Assembly: GCA_040256005.1 (NCBI GenBank)
Contig: JBDZWC010000041.1
Location: forward strand, 1 to 21,458
Source of the DNA: Deinococcaceae bacterium
GTDB taxonomy: Bacteria > Deinococcota > Deinococci > Deinococcales > Trueperaceae
Direction: 5' to 3'
Length of the DNA: 21,458 nt
Position numbers and translations under genes: made by a program. Positions 7,835-17,383 of the stretch are shown piece after piece. The notes beneath the pieces are model-generated. The model saw nothing but the letters and a program-made list of their open reading frames with translations, had not been told where the DNA came from and did not search any database. Within the stretch, counting starts at the first letter, position 1. The number at the start of each line of letters is the position of its first letter.

Positions 7835-9966
7835 TGAGTGACCTCGCCTTGGGTATCGACATCGGGGGTACCTTCACGGACATCGTCCTGTACGACGACG
7901 CCACCGGGAAGCACCTCATCGTCAAGCAGTCGACTACGCCACAGGAGCCGTCGGAGGGCGTGGCGATCGGGGTCGAGAGGCTGCTCCGCGAGAACCACGT
8001 AGATCCGGAACTGATCACGAGGGTCGTCCACGCCACGACCCTCTTCACGAACGCGCTGATCGAGCGCAAGGGGGCCCCGACGGCGTTCCTCACGACGGAG
8101 GGGTTCGAGGACACCCTCGAGATCGGGCTCGAGCGGAAGTACGACCTGTACGACCTCTTCATCCGGAAGCCCGAGCCGTTGGTGTCCAGGCCACACTGCA
8201 TCGGCCTGACCGAACGGGTGGGGGCGGACGGCGACGTGATCGTCGACCTAGACCCGGGCGAGCTCGTCGAGAGGCTCGAGCCTCTCATAGAACAGGGCAT
8301 AACCAGCGTGGGCATCTGCCTACTGAACTCTTATGTCAACCCCGCCAACGAGCGTCGGGCGGTGCAGGCGATCCGCAAGCGGTTCCCGCAGGTCTACGTC
8401 ACCGCTTCACACGAGTTCAACCGCGAGATCGGCGAGTACCGACGCGCCGCTACCACCGTGGCGAACGCCTACGTGCAAGCCCTCGCCGAGCAGTACCTAC
8501 AGCGCATGAAGCAGCGTCTCGAGGGTCTAGGTATCAGCGCTCCTCTCTACCTGATGCTCTCGAACGGCGGCCTGACCGGGACGGACGAGGCGCAGCGGTT
8601 CCCTATCAACCTCCTGGAGTCCGGACCCGCCGCTGGGGCGCTGGCAGGTTCCTTCTTCGGAGCCCGGGACGCTGAGGAGAAGATCCTCGCGTTCGACATG
8701 GGCGGCACCACCGCCAAGGCGGTGACGATCGAGGACGGTGAACCCGCGATTGCGTACGAGTTCGAAGCGGCGCGCGAGAAGCGCTTCGCGGAGGGCAGCG
8801 GGATACCGCTCAAGATCACGACCGTCGAGCTGATCGAGATCGGCGCGGGCGGAGGGAGCGAAGCGCGACTGGACGAGCTCGGCCTGCTCAAGGTCGGCCC
8901 CGAGAGCGCCGGTTCCGAGCCCGGGCCCGTCTGCTACGGGCGCGGGGGAACGGTCCCGACCGTGACCGACGCTGACCTCATACTCGGCTACCTCAACCCC
9001 GACTACTTCCTTGGGGGCCGGATGAGCATCGACCTGGAAGGCGCTCGGCGGGCCATGTCGGAGCTCGCCGGAACATCGGGTCTCGACATGGAAGCGCTCG
9101 CCTGGGGTATCCACGACGTGGTGAACGAGCGCATGGCCGGCGCCGCCCGCGTGCACATCGCCGAGAAGGGACGCGATCCGCGCTCCTACACGCTGCTGGC
9201 GACCGGCGGCGCAGGTCCGGTGCACGCCTACTACGTCGCGAATAAGCTCGGCGTCCCGCGCCTGATCTGCCCGCCGTCTGCCGGCGTCGGCTCCGCCATC
9301 GGGCTCCTAATGGCCCCGGCGCGCGTCGACTACGTGAAGACCTTCGGGGCGCCTTTGGACGGGCTCGATTGGGACGAGCTCGAGTCCTCGTACGGCGAGC
9401 TCATCGCCCAGGGCAAGGAGGCGATCGCGAGAACTGGCGCCTTGCTCGACCAGCTCGAGGTCTACAGGCGAGCCGACATGCGGTTCCGTGGACAGGGCTT
9501 CGACGTGGTCGTCGACCTCCCGGCCGGGCCCTACACGAAGGACGATCACGACGCGATCGCCGATGCGTTCCTGCGCACGTACAACCGGCTCTACTCGCGA
9601 GTGCCGGAAGACGTCAGGGTCGAGCTCGTAAACCTCAGGGTCGAGGTCCAGGCGCCCATCACTCGCAACACGATCGACTTCGCTGCCGGCGACAGGCACG
9701 CGGGTGACGCCCTGAAGGGGCGACGGCCCCTCTACTTCCCGGGGCCCGGATCGTACCTAGACACCCAGGTACTCGATCGCGCCAGCCTGACGCCCGACCA
9801 CGACTACGAGGGCCCGGCGATAGTCGAGGAGCCGGAGTCGACACTAGTAATCGGGCCGGGGGCCACGTTCAGAGCTCGCCCAGCAGGGCACATCGTCGTC
9901 AGCATGCCCGGCGCGAGTCGCGTGGAACCGGCAGGCTCAGTAGGTAAGGAGGTCAACCGTGTCTAG
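7834..9966 (+). CDS. hyuA: Hydantoinase/oxoprolinase family subunit A (ATP-binding)
   Basis: GIDIGGTFTD, HATTL.TNALIERKG, ESGPAAG, FDMGGTTAK, EIGAGGGS, GPESAGS.PGP.CYGRGG..PTVTDA and DMRF.GQ motifs. Confidence 0.95.
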   Translation: MSDLALGIDIGGTFTDIVLYDDATGKHLIVKQSTTPQEPSEGVAIGVERLLRENHVDPELITRVVHATTLFTNALIERKGAPTAFLTTEGFEDTLEIGLERKYDLYDLFIRKPEPLVSRPHCIGLTERVGADGDVIVDLDPGELVERLEPLIEQGITSVGICLLNSYVNPANERRAVQAIRKRFPQVYVTASHEFNREIGEYRRAATTVANAYVQALAEQYLQRMKQRLEGLGISAPLYLMLSNGGLTGTDEAQRFPINLLESGPAAGALAGSFFGARDAEEKILAFDMGGTTAKAVTIEDGEPAIAYEFEAAREKRFAEGSGIPLKITTVELIEIGAGGGSEARLDELGLLKVGPESAGSEPGPVCYGRGGTVPTVTDADLILGYLNPDYFLGGRMSIDLEGARRAMSELAGTSGLDMEALAWGIHDVVNERMAGAARVHIAEKGRDPRSYTLLATGGAGPVHAYYVANKLGVPRLICPPSAGVGSAIGLLMAPARVDYVKTFGAPLDGLDWDELESSYGELIAQGKEAIARTGALLDQLEVYRRADMRFRGQGFDVVVDLPAGPYTKDDHDAIADAFLRTYNRLYSRVPEDVRVELVNLRVEVQAPITRNTIDFAAGDRHAGDALKGRRPLYFPGPGSYLDTQVLDRASLTPDHDYEGPAIVEEPESTLVIGPGATFRARPAGHIVVSMPGASRVEPAGSVGKEVNRV

Positions 9967-11558
9967 CTTCGACGCCGCCACCCTCGAGGTCTTGTGGACC
10001 CGGCTCACCTCGTCTGTTGACGAGGCCGCAGCGGCCCTTGTACGCGCCTCGTTCTCGACCCTCGTGCGGGAGTCCCACGACTTCTCGTGCGTCCTGACAG
10101 ACCAGAATGGCGACTCGACGGTCCAGGCTACGAGGAGCATCCCGTCTTTCATCGGCACGCTGCCAAGGACGGTGAAGCACTTCCTGGCCGAGTTCCCCGC
10201 TGACGAGATCCGCCCCAACGATGTCTACGTGACGAACGACATCTACCAGGGCACCGGGCATCTGCCTGACATCTCCGTCGCGAAGCCCATCTTCAACCAG
10301 GGCAGGCTCGTCGGGTTCGCGGCCAGCACGGCTCACGCACCAGATATCGGTGGCAAGATCAGGTCGCCAGAGCCCCGAGAGGTGTTCGAGGAGGGCTTCC
10401 AGATCCCCATCATGAAGCTGATGGACGAGGGCCGCCTGGACACCACGCTGATAAAGCTGCTCCGCAAGAACGTGCGCGTGCCCGATCAGGTCGTCGGTGA
10501 CCTGTGGGCCCAACTGGCCGCCCTCGACCTGATGGAGAAGCGGGTCTTGGGTCTGATGAGCGAGTACGGTCTCGATACCCTCGACGAGCTCGCCTTCGAG
10601 ATCCAGTCGCGCTCCGAGAGAGCCATGCGCCAGGCGCTGCGTGAGATCCCTGACGGCAGCTACAGGGCGGCCCTCGAGACGGACGGCCTCGAGGTCCCGG
10701 TTCGCCTCGAGGTCGAGGACACAATCGACGGCGAAGAGGCGACCATCGACTTCACCGGGAGTTCGCCACAGGTGGACAGGGCGATCAACGTGGCCATGTG
10801 CTACACGTTCGCCTACACGGCCTACGGCCTGAAGACCGCGGTGTCACCGAACGTGCCCAACAACGAGGGCACGCTCAGGCCCTTCACGGTCACCGCGCCG
10901 GAGGGCTCGATCCTCAACCCACGGTTCCCGGCTGCCGGTGGCTCCCGGGTCCTGGTCGGTCACTACCTGCCCGTGCTGATCTTCAAGGCCCTGGCGAACG
11001 TCATCCCGGAGTCCGTGACTGCGGGCGCCGGGTCGCCGCTCTGGGGCATGAACCACTCTGGCGTGGACGAGGAAGGCAGACCGTTCGCGAACATGTTCTT
11101 CTTCAACGGCGGCATGGGGGCCAACTACCGTGCCGACGGGGTCAGTTGCCTGAGCTGGCCCAGCAACGTCTCCTACACGCCGATCGAGGTCTGCGAACGC
11201 ATCGCACCGCTGCGCTTCCACCACAAGCGGCTGCGGCCGGACTCTGGTGGAGACGGTAGGTACCGAGGGGGCCTCGGGCAGGAGATCCTGGTGGAGAGCC
11301 TCTCGGACCGGAAGGTAGCCGTCTCATTCCTGGCCGAGCGCACGAAGACGCCGGCACCCGGCATCGCAGGCGGTGAGGACGGTGCGACGGGCGAGATCCA
11401 GGTGAACGGCGAGCGTGTCGACCCCAAGCGCCAGTACGTCCTGGTCAGGGGGGGACCGGGTGCTCCTGCGGACACCTGGAGGTGGTGGCTACGGCGACCC
11501 TGCCGAGAGAGACCCGGCGGCACGTCAGCAGGACCGGGAGATGGGGTTCGTATCGTGA
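9959..11558 (+). CDS. hyuB: Hydantoinase B/oxoprolinase family subunit B, with a +1 frameshift in a G7 run near the 3' end
   Basis: RESHDFSC, GTGHLPD, H..DIGG, EEG..IP, DFTGSSPQ and DSGG.GR.RGGLG motifs. Removing one G from 11448-11454 restores GDRVLLRTPGGGGYGDPAERDP...GFVS* with TGA at 11556-11558. Confidence 0.92.
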
Positions 11559-12772
11559 GGCCTGCCGGCGGTCAGAGCCCTGCCGGCGCGGTGCGTGCCT
11601 TCACGGCGGCACGGGCGGACTCGGTTCCGTTCTCCTCGATACGGCAGGTGTTCGACAGGGCCCGTGAGCTCGAGGCGAGCGGGCTTCAGCTCGCTCGGAT
11701 GGAGATCGGGCGCCCGGACTTCGACACGCCGCAACACATCAAGGACGCTGCGAAGGCCGCTCTAGACGCTGGCCACGTCCACTACGCGCCCAACCGCGGC
11801 ATAGAGCCCCTGCGCGAGACCATCGCGAGGAAGCTGGCGAACGACAACGGCATAGACGTGGACCCGGCGACGGGCGTGGTGGTCACCGTGGGCTGCAAGG
11901 AGGCCATCGCGCTCACGCTGCTCGCCTTCTTCGAGCCTGGCGATGAGGTGATAGTCCCGGACCCTCTGTGGGACACGTACTGGCATGGCGTGGACTTCGT
12001 GGGCGCCACACCCGTCGCCATGCCACTGAGCGCCGATGACGGGTTCGCCCCTGACATAGAGCGGTTGACCGGGCTCATCACGCCGCGAACGAAGGCCATC
12101 GTGCTCGTCTCACCGAGCAACCCTACCGGCGTCGTCTGGGGCCGCGAGGTGCTCGCCGAGATCGCACGCCTTGCAGGCGAGCACGACCTGCTCGTGATCT
12201 CGGACGAGATCTACGAGAAGCTCGTCTATGACGGTGCCGAGCACCACTCGATCGCGACGTTCCCCGGGATGGCGGAGCGGACGATCACCATCAACGGCTT
12301 CTCGAAGGCGTACGCGATGGACGGGTGGCGCATCGGCTACGCGGCCGGGCCGGCCAGGTTGATCTCACCCCTGGTCAAGGTGCACCAGTACACGACCAAC
12401 TGCGTCCCGACGTTCCTCCAGTATGGTGCCATCGCCGCGTACGAGGGGCCCCAGACGGCGGTCGAAGACATGCGGCAGGAGTTCGATCGCCGCAGGCGGA
12501 TGTTGGTGTCCAAGTTGAGGGCCATGCCTGGGGTCGAGGTCGTCGAGCCCGGCGGCGCCTTCTACGTCTTCCCGCGCCTCCCAGCCAGCGTCGGCTCTGG
12601 CATGGAGCTGGCATCGCGTCTCCTCGACGAGGCCCAGGTCGCGGCGGTGCCGGGCGAGGTCTTCGGGGCGGGCGGCCGGGGCCACGTGCGGCTCAGCTAC
12701 GCGACGTCGTACGACAGCATCGTGGCCGGGATGGACAAGCTGCACGCCTGGCTCGAGCGGGAGGTCGGTTAG
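11555..12772 (+). CDS. PLP-dependent aminotransferase class I/II (aspartate aminotransferase-like)
   Basis: IGRPDFDTP, HYAPNRG, SPSNPTG, ISDEIYE, NGFSKAYAMDGWRIGY (PLP lysine), PGGAFYVF and VRLSYA. The GTG at 11555 overlaps the corrected hyuB stop (GTGA). Confidence 0.93.
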   Translation: MRPAGGQSPAGAVRAFTAARADSVPFSSIRQVFDRARELEASGLQLARMEIGRPDFDTPQHIKDAAKAALDAGHVHYAPNRGIEPLRETIARKLANDNGIDVDPATGVVVTVGCKEAIALTLLAFFEPGDEVIVPDPLWDTYWHGVDFVGATPVAMPLSADDGFAPDIERLTGLITPRTKAIVLVSPSNPTGVVWGREVLAEIARLAGEHDLLVISDEIYEKLVYDGAEHHSIATFPGMAERTITINGFSKAYAMDGWRIGYAAGPARLISPLVKVHQYTTNCVPTFLQYGAIAAYEGPQTAVEDMRQEFDRRRRMLVSKLRAMPGVEVVEPGGAFYVFPRLPASVGSGMELASRLLDEAQVAAVPGEVFGAGGRGHVRLSYATSYDSIVAGMDKLHAWLEREVG

Positions 12773-13503
12773 ACCGGCTCCTCGTGGTCGGCGAGCGTCT
12801 GCTTGACGAGCGTCGTCTCGTAGATGATGCCGGCGCTCTCGATATGGTCACGCATCAAGCTCTCGGCGGCCTCGGCGTCGCCGGCTTTGATGGCGGCGGC
12901 GATCGCCCTGTGCTCCTCGACGGCCGCGAGGTTCCGGCTCCTCGGCACGAGCCCGCGGTACCTCTCCATCGAGTCGATGACGTGCTGGAGAATCTCGCTG
13001 CAGCGCGGGTTGTCGCTCAGATGGTGTATGAGACGGTGGAACCGCCTACCCAACTGAAGGAACTCGATGGTCTCGTCCTCGATCGTCAGGTCGGAGAGCT
13101 GCGCGATCACCTCGTCGAGCTCGGCGAGGCGCTGTTCGCGATTCGGGCCGTCGGCCCCCTTGGCGACGTTCAGGGCGGCGTTCTTGGCTGCCAACGCCTC
13201 GAGCGCCGACCGGACGGAGTTCAGGTCGCGGATGTCCCGCTGCGAGATGTTGGCTACCTGTACGCCTCCCTGCGGCAACCGCTCGAGGAACCGCTCCTGG
13301 ACCAGGACCTGGATGGCCTCGCGCAGGGGGGTGCGGCTGACGTTGAGCGTGACGGCGAGCTTGCCCTCGATCAGCCTCTGGCCGGGCCGCAGGTCGCCTT
13401 CGATGATCACGCTCTTGAGGCGCCGGTAGACCTCGTCCTTGATGGTCGTGGTCTGTATGGGCTCGTCGCCCAGGACCGCGTACTCCGGGTTGCTGGCGCT
13501 CAC
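12769..13503 (-). CDS. GntR-family transcriptional regulator (FCD domain)
   Basis: I..G.LRPGQRL.E..LA..LNVSRTPLREA HTH, and R.ALE, FH..I and EH.AI..AI..GD...A...M..HI FCD motifs. Start uncertain because no clear SD is present. Confidence 0.93.
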   Translation of the reverse strand: MSASNPEYAVLGDEPIQTTTIKDEVYRRLKSVIIEGDLRPGQRLIEGKLAVTLNVSRTPLREAIQVLVQERFLERLPQGGVQVANISQRDIRDLNSVRSALEALAAKNAALNVAKGADGPNREQRLAELDEVIAQLSDLTIEDETIEFLQLGRRFHRLIHHLSDNPRCSEILQHVIDSMERYRGLVPRSRNLAAVEEHRAIAAAIKAGDAEAAESLMRDHIESAGIIYETTLVKQTLADHEEPV

Positions 13504-13647
13504 AGGAGACCGGAGCCGACGGGACCTGCGCGGACGACCCCTACCGCCAGGTGCAAGTGTCCTGAACGCCGCCCTGCGTCGCGAACGTGGTCGGTCGGTG
13601 CTCCTGAGATCGTGATCATCCCCTCCGAGTCGTAGTAGGCGGCGGTA

Positions 13648-14400
13648 TCAAGGCGCAAGGACCCCATGCCTCCTGTCGAACAGGAAACCGCTGTCGCCGA
13701 TGCTCGATTCTGGCGCCAAGTGGCCAAGTATGTCCCAGAACACTGCTTGGTTGCTCGATACTACCGGTAGCTGGAGCGTCTTCTCCAGTCGTGGGATCGA
13801 CCGCCACGCCGGGAAGTTCGTGCAGCTGATGAACACTGCCTCCGAGCCGGGTGCTACCGCTTCGGTCGCCAGACGTTCGATGGTGGCCGTGTCGGAAGCG
13901 GCGATGAACTTGGTCTCGTTGTGCCCAAGCGTCGCGTCTGCGATGACGTCGAAGCCTGCCTCCCTGAAGTAGGCGACGCCGCGGGCATGCACCTCTGGTG
14001 GGTAAGGGCTCAGGAACGTGATCTTGGAAGCGCCGACCGCCTCGAGCGCAGCGACGCTGGCCGACGCGGCCGTGACGACGGGCAGGCCGGAAGCTGCTTC
14101 GCGGAGTGCCGACTTGACGTCTGCATCGTAGGCGACGCCCTTCAGGAAGCTGCCCGACGTGCATGCGTACGCGATCAGGTCGACTCGCGCCCTGGCTAGT
14201 TTCCGTGACTCGTCGACAGCGGTGCCGACCATGGCTTCCAGCGTGTCTAGTGTGAGCACGCCTGGGTACTCGGCACGGGCGAAATGGAAGCCTATGCCGG
14301 CGCCATGCAAGCCCGGCAGGACCCTGGCGTGGTCATCCACGAACGTCGTGTTCGTGGTGGGCACGATCACCCCAGCTCTTTTCACCTTCCTAGCTTCCAT
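13648..14400 (-). CDS. Maleate cis-trans isomerase / Asp-Glu racemase superfamily protein
   Basis: G.IVPTTNTT, YACTSGS and FISCTNF (both catalytic Cys present), SPY and PVVSSNQA. GAGGAG RBS upstream. Confidence 0.9.
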   Translation of the reverse strand: MEARKVKRAGVIVPTTNTTFVDDHARVLPGLHGAGIGFHFARAEYPGVLTLDTLEAMVGTAVDESRKLARARVDLIAYACTSGSFLKGVAYDADVKSALREAASGLPVVTAASASVAALEAVGASKITFLSPYPPEVHARGVAYFREAGFDVIADATLGHNETKFIAASDTATIERLATEAVAPGSEAVFISCTNFPAWRSIPRLEKTLQLPVVSSNQAVFWDILGHLAPESSIGDSGFLFDRRHGVLAP

Positions 14401-14477
14401 CGGTCAGCCCTCCTCGGAGCGAAGATGTCGGTCGTCAACGCCGCGAGGTGCGCGGCCAGTCGTGTAGGAGCGCGGCG

Positions 14478-15458
14478 TCAAAGCTCGTACTTCCCGTCCG
14501 TCAGGAGCGGGCGGCCGTCGCAGGTGACCGTCGGTCCGTTCATCAACGCGTCGAAGTGCGTTGGAGCGCGCACCGAGCCGCCGATCGACGCGCTGGTTCC
14601 GATGCCGATATGCAGCGTGCCGTAGGCACCCTCGTCGTAGTTGCAGCCGAGTGTGCCCACCACACGCTCGATCTTAGGGTTCAGGCCGACGGCTACCTGG
14701 GCGATGTTATAGACGCTCGGGTCGTTCTGCTCTTCCCAGATCTGTCTGATGCGGTCTGCCTGCTCGCCACCCTTCACGCTCGTGACCCTGCCGTCCCTGA
14801 TCTCGAACTCCACCGGCTCCTTCAGCAGCCCGATCCCCAGGTACGGGATGCTGCCGTCGGCCACGAAGGTGCCGTTGGCAGACCCCTCGACCGGCGAGAA
14901 GCTCGCCTCGATGTTGGGTGCCGCCGAGAAGCTACCGGGCTTGTCGACGACGCACGCGTGCGCGTTGCCCGCCCTGCCGGTCGCGCTGAAGACCAGGTTG
15001 GTCCCTAGCGCGGAGGTGACACGCACCTCGTCGGCCGCCTCGAACATGTCCGCTACCTTCTGAACGAGCGGACGTTGTGCCACGAAGTCTGCCTGCCAGG
15101 CGTTGGACGCCAGTAGGTCTTCGGAGAGCGTGGTCAGCGACAACAGCCGTGCCCCGTTCTGCAGGGCGGCCAGCGTTGCCTTGGTGTGAGCCATCGACAC
15201 GGTGACAGGAGTGAGGATGACCTGGGCGTGGCCCATGGCGGCGGCTACGCTCTGCGGCGGCTCCTGACCGTCGATCTCGCGTGGCTCCATCGCTGCCAAC
15301 GTGACCTTCGCACCCCGCGCGAACGCGGACTGGGCGAGGATCCTGGCGCTGCTCATCAGGTTGAAGTCCGTGACGATGAGGACCTCTTCTCCCTGATCTA
15401 TCGAAGCGCAGACCTCCACGATCCTGTCCGCGTTCCGCTTCATCAACATCTCCTGCAA
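14478..15458 (-). CDS. M29/AmpS (aminopeptidase T)-like metalloprotein, paralog 2
   Basis: Collinear with 6863..7834 (GEEVLIVTD, EPP, SIPYLGIGLLKEPV, AQVAVGLNP, YDEG, HIGIG, APTHFD). TTG 15458 has an AAGGAG RBS and matches the paralog's N-terminal length. ATG 15443 is an alternative start. Confidence 0.85.
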   Translation of the reverse strand: MQEMLMKRNADRIVEVCASIDQGEEVLIVTDFNLMSSARILAQSAFARGAKVTLAAMEPREIDGQEPPQSVAAAMGHAQVILTPVTVSMAHTKATLAALQNGARLLSLTTLSEDLLASNAWQADFVAQRPLVQKVADMFEAADEVRVTSALGTNLVFSATGRAGNAHACVVDKPGSFSAAPNIEASFSPVEGSANGTFVADGSIPYLGIGLLKEPVEFEIRDGRVTSVKGGEQADRIRQIWEEQNDPSVYNIAQVAVGLNPKIERVVGTLGCNYDEGAYGTLHIGIGTSASIGGSVRAPTHFDALMNGPTVTCDGRPLLTDGKYEL

Positions 15459-15492
15459 ATCGATCGCTCCTTCCGAAGCCGGCCGTAGCCAC

Positions 15493-16374
15493 TCAGACCT
15501 GAAGCTTGGGGTCCGTAACGTCCCGCAAGCCGTCACCCAACGTGTTGATGCCCAAGATGACGAGCATGATCGCGAACCCCGCCGAGAGCGATAGCCAAGG
15601 TGCGACAGCGATCCTGTCAACGCCCTCTCTGACCATGTTCCCTAGCGTCGGCGTAGGTGGTGGCACGCCCAGGCCGAGGAAGCTGAGGTTCGCCTCGAGC
15701 CGTACGGCTGTGCCGACCCACAACGTCGCCATGACCAGCAGTTCGCTGAAGATGTTGGGAACGACATGCATGGTCAGCAGGCGCAGGTCCCTCATCCCGA
15801 GCGCCTTACCGCTGAGGACGAACGCCTCTTCCCTGATCGATAGCGTCGGGACGTAGGCGAGCCTGGCGAACCTGGGGATCAGTAGGAGGCCGACGGCGAT
15901 GGTGATCTTCCAGAGCCCCGAGCCGAGGGCGATGACGATCACCACGCCGAGGACCTCGCCAGGGAACGACATCACGACGTCCATTGACCGCATGATCACT
16001 TCGCCCACCCGGCCCCTGTAGTACCCGGCGACCGTGCCGAGGATCGTGCCGAAGACCAGCCCGAGGGCCGTCGATAGGACCCCGACCGTCAGGGAGATAC
16101 GCAACCCCACCAGGACCCTCGAGAGCACGTCGCGCCCGTAACCGTCGGTGCCAAGTAGGTGGTCGGCGGAGGGTGAGGTGAAGCGGTTGAAGACGTCTTG
16201 CTTGAGCACGTCGTGAGGTGCCAGCCACTGGCTGAACACCGCGACCAGGACCAGGAGCAGCGTGATGACAGCACCGACTATCGAGGTCCGGTTCTTGAGG
16301 AAGGTGCGCAGGCGCCGACTGGCGTTGCGTCGCTTGCCGGCATCTTGCTGGGCGGCAGTGGTGGTGTCAGGCAT
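15493..16374 (-). CDS. Peptide/nickel-type ABC transporter permease (DppC/OppC-like)
   Basis: HLLGTDGYGRDVLSR, EEAFV....ALG and EA.LSFLGLGVPPPTP.LG.M motifs. ATG 16374 lies just inside the 3' end of the upstream permease gene. Confidence 0.93.
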   Translation of the reverse strand: MPDTTTAAQQDAGKRRNASRRLRTFLKNRTSIVGAVITLLLVLVAVFSQWLAPHDVLKQDVFNRFTSPSADHLLGTDGYGRDVLSRVLVGLRISLTVGVLSTALGLVFGTILGTVAGYYRGRVGEVIMRSMDVVMSFPGEVLGVVIVIALGSGLWKITIAVGLLLIPRFARLAYVPTLSIREEAFVLSGKALGMRDLRLLTMHVVPNIFSELLVMATLWVGTAVRLEANLSFLGLGVPPPTPTLGNMVREGVDRIAVAPWLSLSAGFAIMLVILGINTLGDGLRDVTDPKLQV

Positions 16375-17308
16375 ACTCGACACGCGGATCGATCACCCCC
16401 ACTACCAGGTCCGTCAGGAGGTTGAAGAGGACCACCAACCCTGCGTACACGGCGAGCACCGACTGGAGCACCGTGTAGTCGCGGGACTCGAGGCCGCCTA
16501 TCAGCATGCGGCCCAGGCCGGGCCTGGCGAAGACGATCTCGACCATCAGCGAACCGCCGATCAGCACGACGGCGTAGAGGCCGATGAGGCCGATGATGCT
16601 GATGGCGGCGTTGCGCATGACGTGCTTGAAGACGACCTTGCGCTCCCGGACCCCCTTGGACCTGGCGGTGCGAACGAAGTCCGCGGAGACGAGGTTGAGG
16701 ACCGACGAGCGCGTGACCCTCGCGATGTACGACGCCTGGATCAGACCCAGGGTCAGGGCTGGCACGAAGAGGTGGCGCAAGATGCTCGATAGGTTGCCCG
16801 CCTGGCCGGCGCCGACGACGGGGAAGAGCCCGAGCCATATCGAGAACAGCAAGATCAGGAGGATCCCGAGGAAGAAGCTGGGGAACGACAGCCCGATGAG
16901 AGATAGCGTCCTACCTAGATAGTCGATCGGCCGGTTCCTCTCGAGCGCGGTCCACACGCCGGAAGGGATGCCGAGCAGGACGGCGAGGAACATGCCTGCG
17001 AGCGTCAGCTGCAGTGTGTGAACGAGAGCGCGTGTCAGCGAGGGCGTGATCCGTTGCTGGTTGACCAGCGAGCGACCGAAGTCGCCCCTGAGCAGACCGG
17101 ACATGTAGTCGATGTACTGGTTCCATATCGGCTGGTTGAGGCCCATCTCCTCCCGCATCGCCTCGATCGCAGCCTCCGAGGCGTAAGCGCCGAGGCGGAC
17201 CTGCGCCGGGTCGGAAGGGGCTGCTCTCACCAGGAAGAACGAGAGCGTGACGACGACGAGCAGCAGCGGGATGGCCAGCAGCAGTCGCCTGGATGCGTAT
17301 GTCAGCAA
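16367..17308 (-). CDS. Peptide/nickel-type ABC transporter permease (DppB/OppB-like)
   Basis: P.DPA, GLNQP...QY..Y...LLRGDFGRS, DFVRTARSKG, E.VF.RPGLG, RDY..LQ and DPRV motifs. Confidence 0.94.
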   Translation of the reverse strand: MLTYASRRLLLAIPLLLVVVTLSFFLVRAAPSDPAQVRLGAYASEAAIEAMREEMGLNQPIWNQYIDYMSGLLRGDFGRSLVNQQRITPSLTRALVHTLQLTLAGMFLAVLLGIPSGVWTALERNRPIDYLGRTLSLIGLSFPSFFLGILLILLFSIWLGLFPVVGAGQAGNLSSILRHLFVPALTLGLIQASYIARVTRSSVLNLVSADFVRTARSKGVRERKVVFKHVMRNAAISIIGLIGLYAVVLIGGSLMVEIVFARPGLGRMLIGGLESRDYTVLQSVLAVYAGLVVLFNLLTDLVVGVIDPRVEYA

Positions 17309-17335
17309 GTGCGAGCCTTTCGAGCCCAGTGAGAG

Positions 17336-17375
17336 GTAGCGGTGTCGACAGAGCCGAGCCCGTCGACACCGCTAC
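17336..17375 (-). other. Intercistronic stem-loop after the SBP gene (mRNA stabiliser or partial terminator)
   Basis: Perfect 14-bp inverted repeat GTAGCGGTGTCGAC (17336-17349) / GTCGACACCGCTAC (17362-17375) with a 12-nt loop and no U-tract. Confidence 0.75.
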
Positions 17376-17383
17376 TCGTTCGC

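Noticed and set aside
9959..12772. Novel natural HyuB-aminotransferase fusion enzyme (937 aa)
   Set aside because: The conserved HyuB C-terminus and its own stop are present in another frame after the G7 run, and the aminotransferase has its own coupled GTG start.
12325..13635. 436-aa + strand ORF, and the other long overlapping or antisense ORFs in the track (e.g. 6710..7756, 5362..6108, 19519..20262)
   Set aside because: They are shadow frames of well-supported genes in high-GC DNA, with Arg/Gly/Pro-rich translations and no family motifs.
13500..13727. 75-aa minus-strand ORF whose stop overlaps the GntR start
   Set aside because: It overlaps the isomerase 3' end, has no recognisable motif and its SD spacing is poor. 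It could be a coupling peptide but is unsupported.
6863..14400. Canonical nicotinate (nic/maleamate) pathway
   Set aside because: No nicotinate hydroxylase, NicC monooxygenase, NicD alpha/beta hydrolase or NicF isochorismatase-family gene is present, and the NicX-like proteins lack the His of the SHIGWG motif as I recall it.
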